DNA from: a virus
Taxonomy: Duplodnaviria > Caudoviricetes
Virus record (IMG/VR): IMGVR_UViG_3300023174_000048
Coordinates: 138,295 to 202,294 of that record
Direction: 5' to 3' (one strand)
DNA length: 64,000 bases
Made by a program: the position numbers and the translations under genes. How positions within the stretch are numbered: position 1 is the first letter of the stretch; each line of letters opens with the position of its first letter. The notes under the pieces are model-generated. The model saw nothing but the letters and a program-made list of their open reading frames with translations. It had not been told where the DNA came from and did not search any database. Of this stretch, positions 37,033 to 48,500 are shown piece after piece.

Positions 37033-40000
37033 TCATATTTGTATTATAGTAAGATCATCTACATAACCAGTAAATGTTGAGCCTCCCCAACATTCCGCCA
37101 ATATTTCAACAACACCCGCTTCGGTAGGAGTGAAGCTTAAGGAAACTTGTTCCCAAGTATCTGCAGCTGCTGTCATATATCCAGTAACATCGTTAGTTAC
37201 TCCTGCTATTTGTCCGCCCTTCACTCTTAATCTCATTATTAAACCAATGGCGCTTCTTCTCATCCAAGCCTTAACAGTAACCTGACTATTTGCACTAACA
37301 GCAACAGTTGCTAAACTAAGATCCAAAGGAAAATTTACATATCTAACATTTACGTTAGTCGGAGCCATTGCCCAAGCAATGCCGTTATTGCTGTATCTAA
37401 CAGACGTTGTTGAATAGATTAATCCATAGTCACACCATATATAATGAAGATTAGGTGTTTGATCATGATTATGAGAGAATATCTTACTATTATTACCATA
37501 TCCGGGGGATGCTATAGCTACTTCAGTAGTATCATTTAAAGCGCAGTTAATAAAATACGTTGGTCCACCAGTATTATTTCTATGAGAAGCTGTAGTATTT
37601 GTAGAGAATGTAATATTTTTGAAAATATTGTTCCATCCAAGAGTATTATTGTCTAAACCATAATTCCAATTATCGGATATTGTTCCACTATTAGCAACTA
37701 GGTTGTGAGCAGAAATAAAGGATATACCATTGATATTATTTTTAATTGTAAAGTTATCTATTGAATTATATTGAGCATTATAATACTGAATTCCTGGCCC
37801 ATTATTACTGCATATAATCATATTTTTAAATGATGTCTGTCCTAATTGAGCAAATGCGTAAACTCCACCAGCACTACTATAGCAGCAATATATAGTATCG
37901 TATGTAAAATTTCTGTGTTCTCTGGCGTAAAGACCAAATTGATCACAATTATTACAATGACAGTTTGTTGCTGTAGAATGCATATTTCCTGGTAAGAATA
38001 GTCCATAATAAAATCTAACAAAACAAGCTCTATCTACTGTTAGATTTCCACCAGAAAGGTAATAAGAATAATTTCCATATCCGAATCCGTTTCTTCCATC
38101 AAACCATGTTTCTCCGGTTCTGGTACTCATATCAGTTCTGTTCCAACCAAAAGAATAATTAATAGGATTGCCAACCCCATAAGATTGAGGTGGTCTTCCT
38201 CCGAGTTGAAAATTCAATAAAGATGTTGTTGTAGCTGTGGCGGTCGCCGCCAATGGTGCCTTTATTGTTTCTCTTTTATATGTTGTTACTGTTTCGCTAG
38301 TTCCATAATATCCTGGTATCTGTATGCTTGAAGACCCAATTGAAACCGGACCCCATTGTCCACCAGTATCAAGCATAACTCTTGTTCCATTAATGCTTTG
38401 GATACCACACCAAGTTTCTCCGCTAGTATTTTTTCCAATCAACGAACAAAGATTAAGACTATCTGCACTAGAGCTTGCCTTACAAGCAATAATATTAGAT
38501 AACAGAAATGTTTGGGCTCCATTATCAGTATTCACATAGAATCCTATACTTTGAATGCTCGCTCCTAAATTAGTACCAAGATCTATTGTTATAGGAGTCC
38601 ATCTATTGAGTACGGTCAGATTTTCGATGTTGAATGTATTTACTGCTGTGGCCCCTGCTGTATCAGAGCATAGCTTTAAAGATAATGCGCCAGATGCTCC
38701 TATTGTGCCTGCTGTTTGTTTTATCCAGAAACTGATCTGTTGATATCCGCTAAGATTCAAAGTTCCGGTCGCTTTGTATGCTGCTAATCCTGTAGTAAAG
38801 TTTACCCCAACAGCTATAGAGTCTGAACAGTCGCCTTCTTTGATGCCGCCCAAAGCATCAGTAGTAGCCAAAGATGTTGTTATATCAGCAGTCTGTGCTG
38901 TCCATGCTGTTCGTCCATTCCCTCTATTTCCATGACTGGCAATATTAACTATTGGGGATGATGCCAATATTACTCTTTGATTGGAAACTTTTCTTAAAAA
39001 TCCGGCAGCTCCAACTCCGTTTCCTGTTGATCCTACAAGGGCGCAGGTTGATCCGCTAACACTAGTAACTTCCCATGTGCCGTTCGCATTGGTGTTGGTT
39101 GTGTGGCCGGTAACGACCACAGTATCTCCATTGCTTATTCCTAAAGTTGCCATGGTGCTAGCGCAAGTCATAACAATAGGAGAAGCGTTTGTGCTGCTAC
39201 TCACAGAGTTTGCTCCTTGCATTTTTGAACCCACCCATGTGGCACTGCCAATACTAGTGGGATCGGTGCTACTCATTATTCGTAAAGTGTCATCACTTGC
39301 CAATCTTGTGGCCGACGCTCCTGTGCTAGAGAAAGTTTTCCATCTTCCTCCTATATAATATTGTCTGCTGCTCTGAGATGAAACCGCCGTTGCTGATGTT
39401 GGAGTTTGATTTATTCGTAAGCTAGTAGAGCTTAGCCTTTGGACTATATGATACATTATATAACTAGTTCCATTGAATATACTCAGATACTGCTCCGGAG
39501 GCTTTTCGTAAGTTGTTGCCGATGCGGCCTGCTCTATCTGTATACCACAAATATAAAGTCCACTATTATTATCTCCATTATATGTTGCATATGTTAATCC
39601 GGTATTATCATTTGGAACCAAAATAATTTGTATATTATCTGCAGCACCATTGCTAGTAGCGGTTATTGATATTCTGTACCAACCGTTTCCTATGCTGCTT
39701 ATTGCTGATGTGGCGCTTGCTCCTGTTTGCTCTATGGTGCCACTACTAAGATTAAATCTTGCGGCCTTAGCATCATTATCAAATCTCAAAATAACTTTTG
39801 TTCTTTCAGCAGCCTTGACATATACGGATATTGTATACTGAGTTGTTGCGGAGAGTGGATTATACCATGTTGTACTTCCCCAATAACGATTACTATTTTG
39901 TGAATCCTCCCATAGTTTATACACAGTAGCATCTACGCCACTTGGTCCTGTTATGGAGCTTTTTTCAACAAAGGACGCAGTACCAGCCAAACTATTTAAA

Positions 40001-40206
40001 TATAAACAGTTCGAGTACCAGGCAAGATTTTTTGTTGGAGCTAATGTTCCGTTATTTAAAAAATTTGCACTTGCAGAAGAAAATGTGCCAAACACAGTAC
40101 TGGACCCGGCTGTTGTTGCTCCGTCTGCCGCACTCGCCAATAAAGCAAAACTAGTGCCAGAATAGTTATCATTTCCATTTTCATAATCTAAGTAAAATGT
40201 TGGCAT
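37033..40206 (-). CDS. Fibre/spike protein with CBM-like domains and a right-handed beta-helix
   Basis: N-terminal YLDYENGNDNYSG, CBM-like YTISVYVK..GNGWYRISIT, and N-rich beta-helix repeats ~37550..38050. Confidence 0.6.
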   Translation of the reverse strand: MPTFYLDYENGNDNYSGTSFALLASAADGATTAGSSTVFGTFSSASANFLNNGTLAPTKNLAWYSNCLYLNSLAGTASFVEKSSITGPSGVDATVYKLWEDSQNSNRYWGSTTWYNPLSATTQYTISVYVKAAERTKVILRFDNDAKAARFNLSSGTIEQTGASATSAISSIGNGWYRISITATSNGAADNIQIILVPNDNTGLTYATYNGDNNSGLYICGIQIEQAASATTYEKPPEQYLSIFNGTSYIMYHIVQRLSSTSLRINQTPTSATAVSSQSSRQYYIGGRWKTFSSTGASATRLASDDTLRIMSSTDPTSIGSATWVGSKMQGANSVSSSTNASPIVMTCASTMATLGISNGDTVVVTGHTTNTNANGTWEVTSVSGSTCALVGSTGNGVGAAGFLRKVSNQRVILASSPIVNIASHGNRGNGRTAWTAQTADITTSLATTDALGGIKEGDCSDSIAVGVNFTTGLAAYKATGTLNLSGYQQISFWIKQTAGTIGASGALSLKLCSDTAGATAVNTFNIENLTVLNRWTPITIDLGTNLGASIQSIGFYVNTDNGAQTFLLSNIIACKASSSADSLNLCSLIGKNTSGETWCGIQSINGTRVMLDTGGQWGPVSIGSSSIQIPGYYGTSETVTTYKRETIKAPLAATATATTTSLLNFQLGGRPPQSYGVGNPINYSFGWNRTDMSTRTGETWFDGRNGFGYGNYSYYLSGGNLTVDRACFVRFYYGLFLPGNMHSTATNCHCNNCDQFGLYAREHRNFTYDTIYCCYSSAGGVYAFAQLGQTSFKNMIICSNNGPGIQYYNAQYNSIDNFTIKNNINGISFISAHNLVANSGTISDNWNYGLDNNTLGWNNIFKNITFSTNTTASHRNNTGGPTYFINCALNDTTEVAIASPGYGNNSKIFSHNHDQTPNLHYIWCDYGLIYSTTSVRYSNNGIAWAMAPTNVNVRYVNFPLDLSLATVAVSANSQVTVKAWMRRSAIGLIMRLRVKGGQIAGVTNDVTGYMTAAADTWEQVSLSFTPTEAGVVEILAECWGGSTFTGYVDDLTIIQI

Positions 40207-41252
40207 TATACGTTCCTACTTAAAGATGTTTGGAATGCTTGTATAGCATTGTAGTAGTTTGTTACCTGTGTACTGTCCATCGAAAGTCCTATTGAATAGG
40301 ATGCTAATGTTCCTGTGGTCATACCGTCACCAGTAGTCCCGTTATCATTTAGTGCGAATACCCAGTAGGTCAAACTTTGAGCTGTTCTTGTTGATGGAGT
40401 TGCTGTTCCTTGTTGTGTGCTATTTTTGTAGATAGTGCTACTTGTAGCTGTAGCATTAGTACCAAACCAAAAAGCTCCGGTTTCAGCATAAGAACTAGCT
40501 GATGCTCTGTTATTTCCTCCTAAAGAGGAACATCCATAAATTAAAGGAGAGGTTGCGGCATTAGTCAATAGGTGTTCATTATTACTAGATGCTCCTCTGG
40601 AACCTATTCTAGTTTTATAAGAACCAGAAGGCTGTGATCGCTCATAAATGGATAAATGACAACTATTAACTCCCAAATCAGTTTGTTTAAGTCCAGTATC
40701 CAATCTTTTTAAATTATTACCATTTGGGGATAATCCTCCATTAGCTCCGGTTTCGGCATAGTCAGATGAAATAAAATTATAATTCATATCAGAAAAAAAT
40801 CCATAATTAGTAGAATATATTCTACCAATTTCTAGCGATACTGGACCAACATAAAGAGGAACTAAACAAGCTTGCAAATTATTTCCACAAAATAAATTAA
40901 GTCTATAGAATCTGTTTCTTATTCCTGCATTGTCTATGGCCGCACAGAAAGTATTTAAAGCTGATATTGTTGTACTATTAGCACTACCTCCATTCCAAGA
41001 AATAGTATTCAGCCAATTCTGAACATCTATATGATTAGAACTGACATTTATTATCGGACCAGTCAATCTATTATTATAAGCAGCAACAAATGGTTGAGCA
41101 TTATATGCAACATCAAGACCTAATGTATTTTCATTCTTCGCTATAACTCTAGCTAATGGTTGAGCTAAATAAGAAGTATCTAAAGTCAGTAGTTGACTTT
41201 TTTTAGGTAGTCTAGTTGATCCTTTTATGAAATTTTGTCTTATACTAAACAT
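40206..41252 (-). CDS. Putative virion lectin-like (beta-sandwich) protein
   Basis: Start moved to MFSIRQ to avoid overlap. S/T/N/G-rich, within the fibre cluster. Confidence 0.45.
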   Translation of the reverse strand: MFSIRQNFIKGSTRLPKKSQLLTLDTSYLAQPLARVIAKNENTLGLDVAYNAQPFVAAYNNRLTGPIINVSSNHIDVQNWLNTISWNGGSANSTTISALNTFCAAIDNAGIRNRFYRLNLFCGNNLQACLVPLYVGPVSLEIGRIYSTNYGFFSDMNYNFISSDYAETGANGGLSPNGNNLKRLDTGLKQTDLGVNSCHLSIYERSQPSGSYKTRIGSRGASSNNEHLLTNAATSPLIYGCSSLGGNNRASASSYAETGAFWFGTNATATSSTIYKNSTQQGTATPSTRTAQSLTYWVFALNDNGTTGDGMTTGTLASYSIGLSMDSTQVTNYYNAIQAFQTSLSRNV

Positions 41253-41254
41253 GA

Positions 41255-44200
41255 TTAACCATAATTTTGAGAAAAACTTCCATACCAATAAGTTCCATCG
41301 CTAATAAAACTATATATATCAACTTTACTAGCAGTAATTGTTGCTGTTGGTGTGGCGCTATCGGCCCATCTTACGCCAGTAAATGTTGCGGTATAGTTTC
41401 CAGCACCGCTATTCAAGAACAATGTGAAACTCTTACCAGCAGTTGCTGTTGGCATAGTAAATGTACAGTTACCGGTTAGGGTACAAGTATGGACCGTTCC
41501 GCTGGTCAAACTGAGAGTTTTACTAGTCCCACTATTACCATTAGCTACTACGCTTTCAGTATAGCTAGTAAAAGTAACATTACCATTAAGATTAATTTGA
41601 TTACTAACAGCAGAAGTTATGTCTATTGCCCCATCGCCAGCTAAAACTAAGTCATATGGACCACTATCAATACTAATGTTAGTTGGACTATTATCAGTTA
41701 TAGTTAGTCCATTAAATGATCCGGCTCCTAGTGAATTACCATTTACTAATCCAAATGAGGCATTACCATCAGCATCAATAGTCCAGTTGATATGAGATAA
41801 TGTAGTAAGATCTCCAATAGTAACATCGCCAACAACACCACTGGCCCAATCATTATAAGATAATAATATATTAGAGGCTATATAATTACATTTAATCGTA
41901 CCGTTTCCGCCATTAACTGGTTGAACATCTAATTCAGCTTCTGGAGATGCTGTTCCTATACCTATTCTACCATTAGATCTATCGGTATTGAAAAAGTCAT
42001 TTGATGCAATATCATATAGCGTTAATCCATCAACACCGATTTCTGCAGCATAATTAGGTCCAGAGTCAATTAACCTTAAAATTGGCGTTACCGGATCAAC
42101 ATATAATCCTTGGCCTCCACTGATAGGATCATTACCAGGACTACCGCAAGAAAAACTTCCATTAACTTGTAGTGTTGTAGTTGGACTAGAATTGTTTATT
42201 CCAATATTTCCAATATTATTTACTCTTAGTCTTTCAACTCCACTAGTACTAATGCCGAAAGTATTTGCTGCTGGACTAAATAATCCGGTATCAGGATCAT
42301 TAACAAACTTAAATGATGGTAATAATGCTGTTCCTGATCCAGCAATGAATGAGCCTGTTGAGCTAACATCTCCATTAAGTATACTATTCCCAATAACATG
42401 AAGAACACTGGTGGGACTAGAGACTCCTATACCTAATCTATTATTAGTGCTGTCCCAAACTAATTGACCACTATCAGCAATTATATCGCTAGAACTACTC
42501 CAATAGGCTATATGATTAATAATACCAGTACCAGTAACAGGATTGGTAATAGTATTTTGTTTGTTATTTAATTGAGTTTGAATCGCACTTGTAACACCTT
42601 TGACATAACTTAATTCAGTAAGAGATGGATAAGTTCCTGTGCTCAATGACACTACTTTTTTATTGCTGTCAAAACTAGCAATAGTACTAGCAGTTTGATC
42701 AGTTAAAAATAGTCCACTCGCTATTGATCCACTTCCAGTTATTGTTAATAATGACCCATCAAAAGTTAAATTAGATTCAGCATTGATACCTAATGATGAT
42801 CCTGTGCTGGTAAGAACTCTATTATCTCCACTGTTTGAAATAGTTGGAAGTAAACCACTTACAGAGCTATTAAAATTACTAATATCAGAAGAAGTGTGAG
42901 TATGACCACTAATACTAACTCCAGTACCATTAACTTGTAAAGCCTGAGTAAAATTACCAGTACCTATCACATGTAGTTGAGTACTGGGGGACATTGTACC
43001 TATTCCAACATTTGTTCCATTATCATAGATTAAACTATTACTCAATCCGCTAGCGCTACTCCATTTTGGAACGTATGAAGCTGTTCCTGTTCCTGTAACG
43101 GGATTGATTAACGTTGTTTGTTTATTATTCAATTGAATTTGAATACCACTAGTAACACCCTTAATATAGCTTAATTCTGTTAGTGATGGATAAGTTCCTG
43201 TGCTTAATGAAACTATATTTTTATTACTGTCAAAACTAGCTATTGTACTAGCTGTTTGACTACTGATATTAACTCCACTAGAAAATGCGCCTGATGTACT
43301 AACGCTTAAGCTACCAGCAATATCTACTGAGGCTCCTCCTGTTATACCACCATTACCATTGATAGAAACATTATATCCCATTCCATTAAAACCAACACCA
43401 ATATCATGATATGTATGAATAGTTCCATTACTTATAATAGTTTTCCAATCAGTTAAATCTGTTCCATTATTGGGATCATTGGCAATGTTTAATGTTGAAT
43501 AAGTATTAATACTACTCGAAGTAAAATTACCATTTATATTTGTTACAATGTCTCCATCAAAAGCCCATCCATTAATATTAGTAAATGTACTATTTAAATT
43601 GGTAGTATCATTATAAGCATTACCAATATTTATAACTCCATCGCCTTCTGTGGCAGATTGAATATCTACTGTTTGAGCACTTCCAAATGTTGATAAAATA
43701 ATACCATTATTTGAACAATTTATGCTCGATCCTTCTAAGTTTTCTGGGTCGCTATAAACATTAAAACTGCCTTGAACATCTAATTTGGCTGATGGTGAAA
43801 CCGTACCCATGCCAACATTTCCGCCGCTTGCGACAACCAAATTTCCAGCACTATAATTACCACCGCCATAGTGGTAAGACCCATCACTCATTCTAAGTGC
43901 AAGAGCTTCATCATAATCTGTAGTAAAACCTAATTCTCCGCCTATTCTATCATCACCAAAGTAAATAGAGCCATATAGGCCAGCTCCAAATTTAGCGGCG
44001 CCAGAAACATCGATAGCTAGTACATAAGGATCGGTAATAAATGTACCGACTCCATCAACTCTAACATCTCCAGAAACATGAAGTTTGCTAAATGGAGAAT
44101 TTGTTCCTATTCCAACACTACCGTCATTACGCACACATAATCCGCTATTAAATATGGTATTAAAATATATTTCTTGTCTAGTATAAGCGAATCCACCACC

Positions 44201-45547
44201 TCCATACTGAGTCCAACTAGAAAATTTAATTTTCCAATATCTTTCTGTTGGAACATGCTTCATAATTAATTCTACATTAGGTAAATTATATCCTAAATTA
44301 CCTCCAACAGTATTCATTAAAGTATCATATGTTCTAGTTTTGATATTAGTAATGTTTGACCATCCATCATTATTCCACAACGTATTTGATGGTCCGCTAC
44401 TATCCCATATTGATTGAAGTACTAAATTATATATTCCTCCACCATTACCTCTAGTTAATATTAGTGCTCCTGGTATGATGGTATCATAATCATTTGCATA
44501 AACGTTATCTGGATGAGTATATGAGATTACAGAGCCGCTTCCTGTAACTATAGATGTATTTCCAATAATGTTTCCACCCATTACATGAATATTACCACTA
44601 ACAGCTAATTTCTCTGATGGTACTGTTGTGCCTATTCCAATATTATTACCGCTTTGATAGATGATACTATTATTCAAACTTGATGAATTAGTAAATTTTC
44701 CTAAGTATCCAGCAGCTCCTCCACTACTAACAACAACTCCCGTACTATTAACATTTAATGTTGTGAAATTTCCGCTACTAGTTGGAATCCATAATCCACT
44801 ACCACTATTATATTGAAGAAATTGTCCATTAGTAACACCACTAATAGCAACATTATGTAATTCTTCTAGTTCAAATCCATTTTGAACTCTTACTTCTACA
44901 ACTCCTTCATTTTGATGGGTTCTTATTATAGTTCCAACATAAACCATATGATTAGGAGCTGTAGGTTTAGTTAGAGTTACGCTACCAGAAACCGATGGAC
45001 TAAGCCATAATGCAGAACCATTAACATCTCCAACTGGTGCAGTAGGGTTAAATTGATCAGTATTAACTCCGGTTAGCGCCCCGGCAACAACAACTATACC
45101 AGTACCCATACTTGATATAGCTTCCGAAGTGACACCATAAGTTTTACTAGATCCTGCCTCGTTACTAGCAATAGCCAGATTTATAGTTGGTTGATCGCCC
45201 TGACCACCATTGATATAAACAACACTGAATTTGGGAATGGTGCTACTAGTTTTATTAAAGACAGCTGTGGTTAATGATCCGGCGCTTGTTACACGATCAT
45301 GATTATGGCCGCTAACGCTAACTTCAATCCCATTAACTTTTAAACTACTACTAAAATTACCACTGGCCGGAGTTATACTAGTTCCACTAATGCTAGTAAC
45401 TCCAAGATTAATTACAACATTACTGCTATTTTTAGTATACAATCTACCATCAGCAATATTTATTCCTAATTCACCCTGAGCTAATCCTGTAGCAGAAGGA
45501 GTAGCACCACTTGTGCTGTTCCTTTTGTGTTGTATAGTATTTGGCAT
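41255..45547 (-). CDS. Long fibre protein (1430 aa)
   Basis: N-terminal IQHKRNSTSGATP..QGELGINIADGRLYTK, repeated GNVGIGT.SP...L.V.G units, and an internal duplication of TASTIASFDSNK..YPSLTELSY.KGVTS. Confidence 0.75.
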   Translation of the reverse strand: MPNTIQHKRNSTSGATPSATGLAQGELGINIADGRLYTKNSSNVVINLGVTSISGTSITPASGNFSSSLKVNGIEVSVSGHNHDRVTSAGSLTTAVFNKTSSTIPKFSVVYINGGQGDQPTINLAIASNEAGSSKTYGVTSEAISSMGTGIVVVAGALTGVNTDQFNPTAPVGDVNGSALWLSPSVSGSVTLTKPTAPNHMVYVGTIIRTHQNEGVVEVRVQNGFELEELHNVAISGVTNGQFLQYNSGSGLWIPTSSGNFTTLNVNSTGVVVSSGGAAGYLGKFTNSSSLNNSIIYQSGNNIGIGTTVPSEKLAVSGNIHVMGGNIIGNTSIVTGSGSVISYTHPDNVYANDYDTIIPGALILTRGNGGGIYNLVLQSIWDSSGPSNTLWNNDGWSNITNIKTRTYDTLMNTVGGNLGYNLPNVELIMKHVPTERYWKIKFSSWTQYGGGGFAYTRQEIYFNTIFNSGLCVRNDGSVGIGTNSPFSKLHVSGDVRVDGVGTFITDPYVLAIDVSGAAKFGAGLYGSIYFGDDRIGGELGFTTDYDEALALRMSDGSYHYGGGNYSAGNLVVASGGNVGMGTVSPSAKLDVQGSFNVYSDPENLEGSSINCSNNGIILSTFGSAQTVDIQSATEGDGVINIGNAYNDTTNLNSTFTNINGWAFDGDIVTNINGNFTSSSINTYSTLNIANDPNNGTDLTDWKTIISNGTIHTYHDIGVGFNGMGYNVSINGNGGITGGASVDIAGSLSVSTSGAFSSGVNISSQTASTIASFDSNKNIVSLSTGTYPSLTELSYIKGVTSGIQIQLNNKQTTLINPVTGTGTASYVPKWSSASGLSNSLIYDNGTNVGIGTMSPSTQLHVIGTGNFTQALQVNGTGVSISGHTHTSSDISNFNSSVSGLLPTISNSGDNRVLTSTGSSLGINAESNLTFDGSLLTITGSGSIASGLFLTDQTASTIASFDSNKKVVSLSTGTYPSLTELSYVKGVTSAIQTQLNNKQNTITNPVTGTGIINHIAYWSSSSDIIADSGQLVWDSTNNRLGIGVSSPTSVLHVIGNSILNGDVSSTGSFIAGSGTALLPSFKFVNDPDTGLFSPAANTFGISTSGVERLRVNNIGNIGINNSSPTTTLQVNGSFSCGSPGNDPISGGQGLYVDPVTPILRLIDSGPNYAAEIGVDGLTLYDIASNDFFNTDRSNGRIGIGTASPEAELDVQPVNGGNGTIKCNYIASNILLSYNDWASGVVGDVTIGDLTTLSHINWTIDADGNASFGLVNGNSLGAGSFNGLTITDNSPTNISIDSGPYDLVLAGDGAIDITSAVSNQINLNGNVTFTSYTESVVANGNSGTSKTLSLTSGTVHTCTLTGNCTFTMPTATAGKSFTLFLNSGAGNYTATFTGVRWADSATPTATITASKVDIYSFISDGTYWYGSFSQNYG

Positions 45548-45563
45548 TTAAATCTCTAGCTAA

Positions 45564-48500
45564 TTAGAACGTTCCACCATCTAGTGAACAATCAACAATA
45601 GAGGCACATACTGTTGCTGCTGTTAAGTATGTTGCAGTAGTTACTGCTGTTACGTGTCCCATTCCGTCAACAGTGAAACTAGCAATACCATTACTTCCTT
45701 GGGCTCCGCTTAGAGTTGATGTGTCATTATGTCCAATTGTTATACTACCAGTACTATTAGTAATATCTATTGCTGTACCTTGTGTCAATGTGGCTTTAGT
45801 TAAAGTATTTCCAGTAGAATTACCAATTAATAATTGACCATTAGTATATGTAGTATCTCCTGTTCCACCATTAGCAACAGGTAATGTTCCAGTAACATGA
45901 GTGGTTAATCCAATCTTACCCCAAGACGGTGCAACTCCTACTCCGCCAGCTAGTAGAGCATTACCAGTAGCAACATCGGCTAATTTGGCTAAAGTAGATG
46001 AGGTATCAGCATATAATAAATCACCAACAGCATATGAACTTTGACCAGTTCCGCCCTTATTAGCAGCTATAGTTGTGGCGCTCCATGTGCCGGTACCAAT
46101 TGTTCCAAGAGTTGTAATATTGGTGCTTCCTGCCCAGGTACTAAGAGCAGTATTTTGTACATTATCAAGACTTAAATCTGTTTTAAGTTCTGATGCTGAA
46201 CGACTTGTTACAGTATTATCAGCATTCACTCTAATAAAAGAAACCGCACTAGGATTAGTTAGTGTGAAGAAATTAGAACCAACAGTAGTAGCTCCTAATG
46301 ATGTTCTATAAGTAGAATTACTTTCTGTAGATACCGTATTATCTGCGTTTATTTTTGGAAAAGTAATTGCTGAAGGATTAGTTAAATTGATAAGATTTCC
46401 ACCAACTGTTGTTGGAACAAAAGATGAATTTTTAATGAGTTTGCCAGTAGCTCCATTATATACTGCTAAAGCATTATCTGTTGATGAAGCTGGTCCCACA
46501 ACAGCCCCATCAATATTGGTTTGAGCAACAGTCCAGGTACTATTTACATTACCAGCAGCATCAGCAACACCTATAATTAAATCTCCAATTTCGCAAACCA
46601 CACCAGCATATGTTCCTGTTGCAACCACCCTATAGGTCCAACCAGCACTGATTGTTCCTGTTGGAAGAGTTCCTGGCGTACCTCCTCCAATAGTACCTTT
46701 AAAAATCATAGCATCATTAGCAGCTAATAAACTATCAACATAAGTTATAACAGCATCTGCCCTAGGAATAGCAGTAGAGCTACTAGATAGAGTGGTTTGT
46801 ACGCTATATCCATCAGATAAAGCATCTCCTGTTGTTCCATTCCATATCGGAATATTGCCATTAGTTGAAGATGCTAGCTTTTTAATTTGAGCATCATTAG
46901 TAACATTGCTTAATCCTACCTTAGATTTAGCTAAACTACTTATCCATGTTGGATCAGCATATGAACCAGATGTATACACTCCACTGGTTACTGTAGCAGC
47001 ATTTCCACTAATGCTTATATTCCATGTTCCAGTAGCATTAGTTCCGCTTATGGAAGGAGATCCAATACTGTTATAAGAAATGGTTCTTGCTGCACTACCA
47101 TTAAATGTGAAACTGGAACTATCACCAGCACCACCATTATTAATAGTGATAGAATTAGTAGTATTTCTAGTATCGCTTAGCCTACTATCATTACCCTGGC
47201 AGAAAGTATTAGCTGTTGATCCAAAGTTTCCTGTTGTTAATGCTCCAGCAGTTGTTGTTATAATTGGCAAGTTGGCTGTTGAGCCGATAGCGCCAGCATT
47301 TGTTATACTACCTAGTTGTGGTATGTCACTAGATACTAAAGCTCGAAAAGATGGAGCACCAGAGCTTCCATTAGGAGCAGCCAAAACAGTATTAGCAGTT
47401 TTACTTCCATAAGGATTTACAGTATCTCCATAAGCTGTTGCTAATCCAAGAGTATTACCGGACTTAGTTAAACCAGAACCAGCAGTAATTTGACCAGCAC
47501 CGCTAAATTGAGCAAACGCCAACGCTGTGGTTCCTAATGTGATAGAATCATTAGTTGTTAATACCCAACCGCTATCAGCATTGGTTGTACCTTCTGCTAC
47601 AAAAGTAAACATGCCAGCAGTAACTTCAGCATCAAGATCAGCATCTGTTGCTCTGCTCCAAGCTCCTGCGGCAACAACATAAATACCATTTTGACTACCG
47701 GTACTTTGGTCTTTAACAAGAACTCTATCTCCGGCACTTAAAACAACACCGTCAATAGTTTGAGTTCCAGACAGAGTTATATTGGCTGTGGTGGCAACTC
47801 TAACACTTTGCTTCACATCAAGGCCGCTTCGTGCAGCATCAACATAAGCTTTTGTTGCAGCATCTTGGGGATTGGTCGGATCTAACACATTGGTTAAAGC
47901 TTGACTATTCATTGAAACAGAAGCTGTCGGTACCGCCATCTGATCCAAACGGTTAGTTCTTACAGCAGTATTAAAATCATTGATATTGCTGGCTACTAAC
48001 CCAGTACCAGTAACGGTAAGATTTCCTCCAATACTAACATTTCTAAAATTACTAACATCTCTATTAGCGTCTGCAGTTACAACCTTATTTGCCTGTACTG
48101 TTCCAACAGTTGTAATTCCATCAATTCTACCTAATTCTGTTGTATCTAGAGTAACACCACTAACTGTAATAGTGCCACCATTAACCGTTAGAGTACCTCC
48201 TAGTGTCTGATTACCTGTTGTTCTAACTACTGTAGAATCAACTGCTATTGTATCTGCTGTTACACTAATACCATCACCTTGTCCAATATCAAAAATCTTA
48301 TCAGAACTTAAGTCTCCTCCACCAACCAATCCGCTTCCGGCAGTAAGCGTTCTTGATGTGTAAACCCCACTTGTTACTGTAGCAGCATTTCCATTTATAC
48401 TAATTCCCCATGTTCCTGTAGCATTAGTTCCACTTATTGACGGGGCCCCAATACTATTGTAAGATATTGTTTGAGCAGTATTTCCATTAAAGGTGAACGA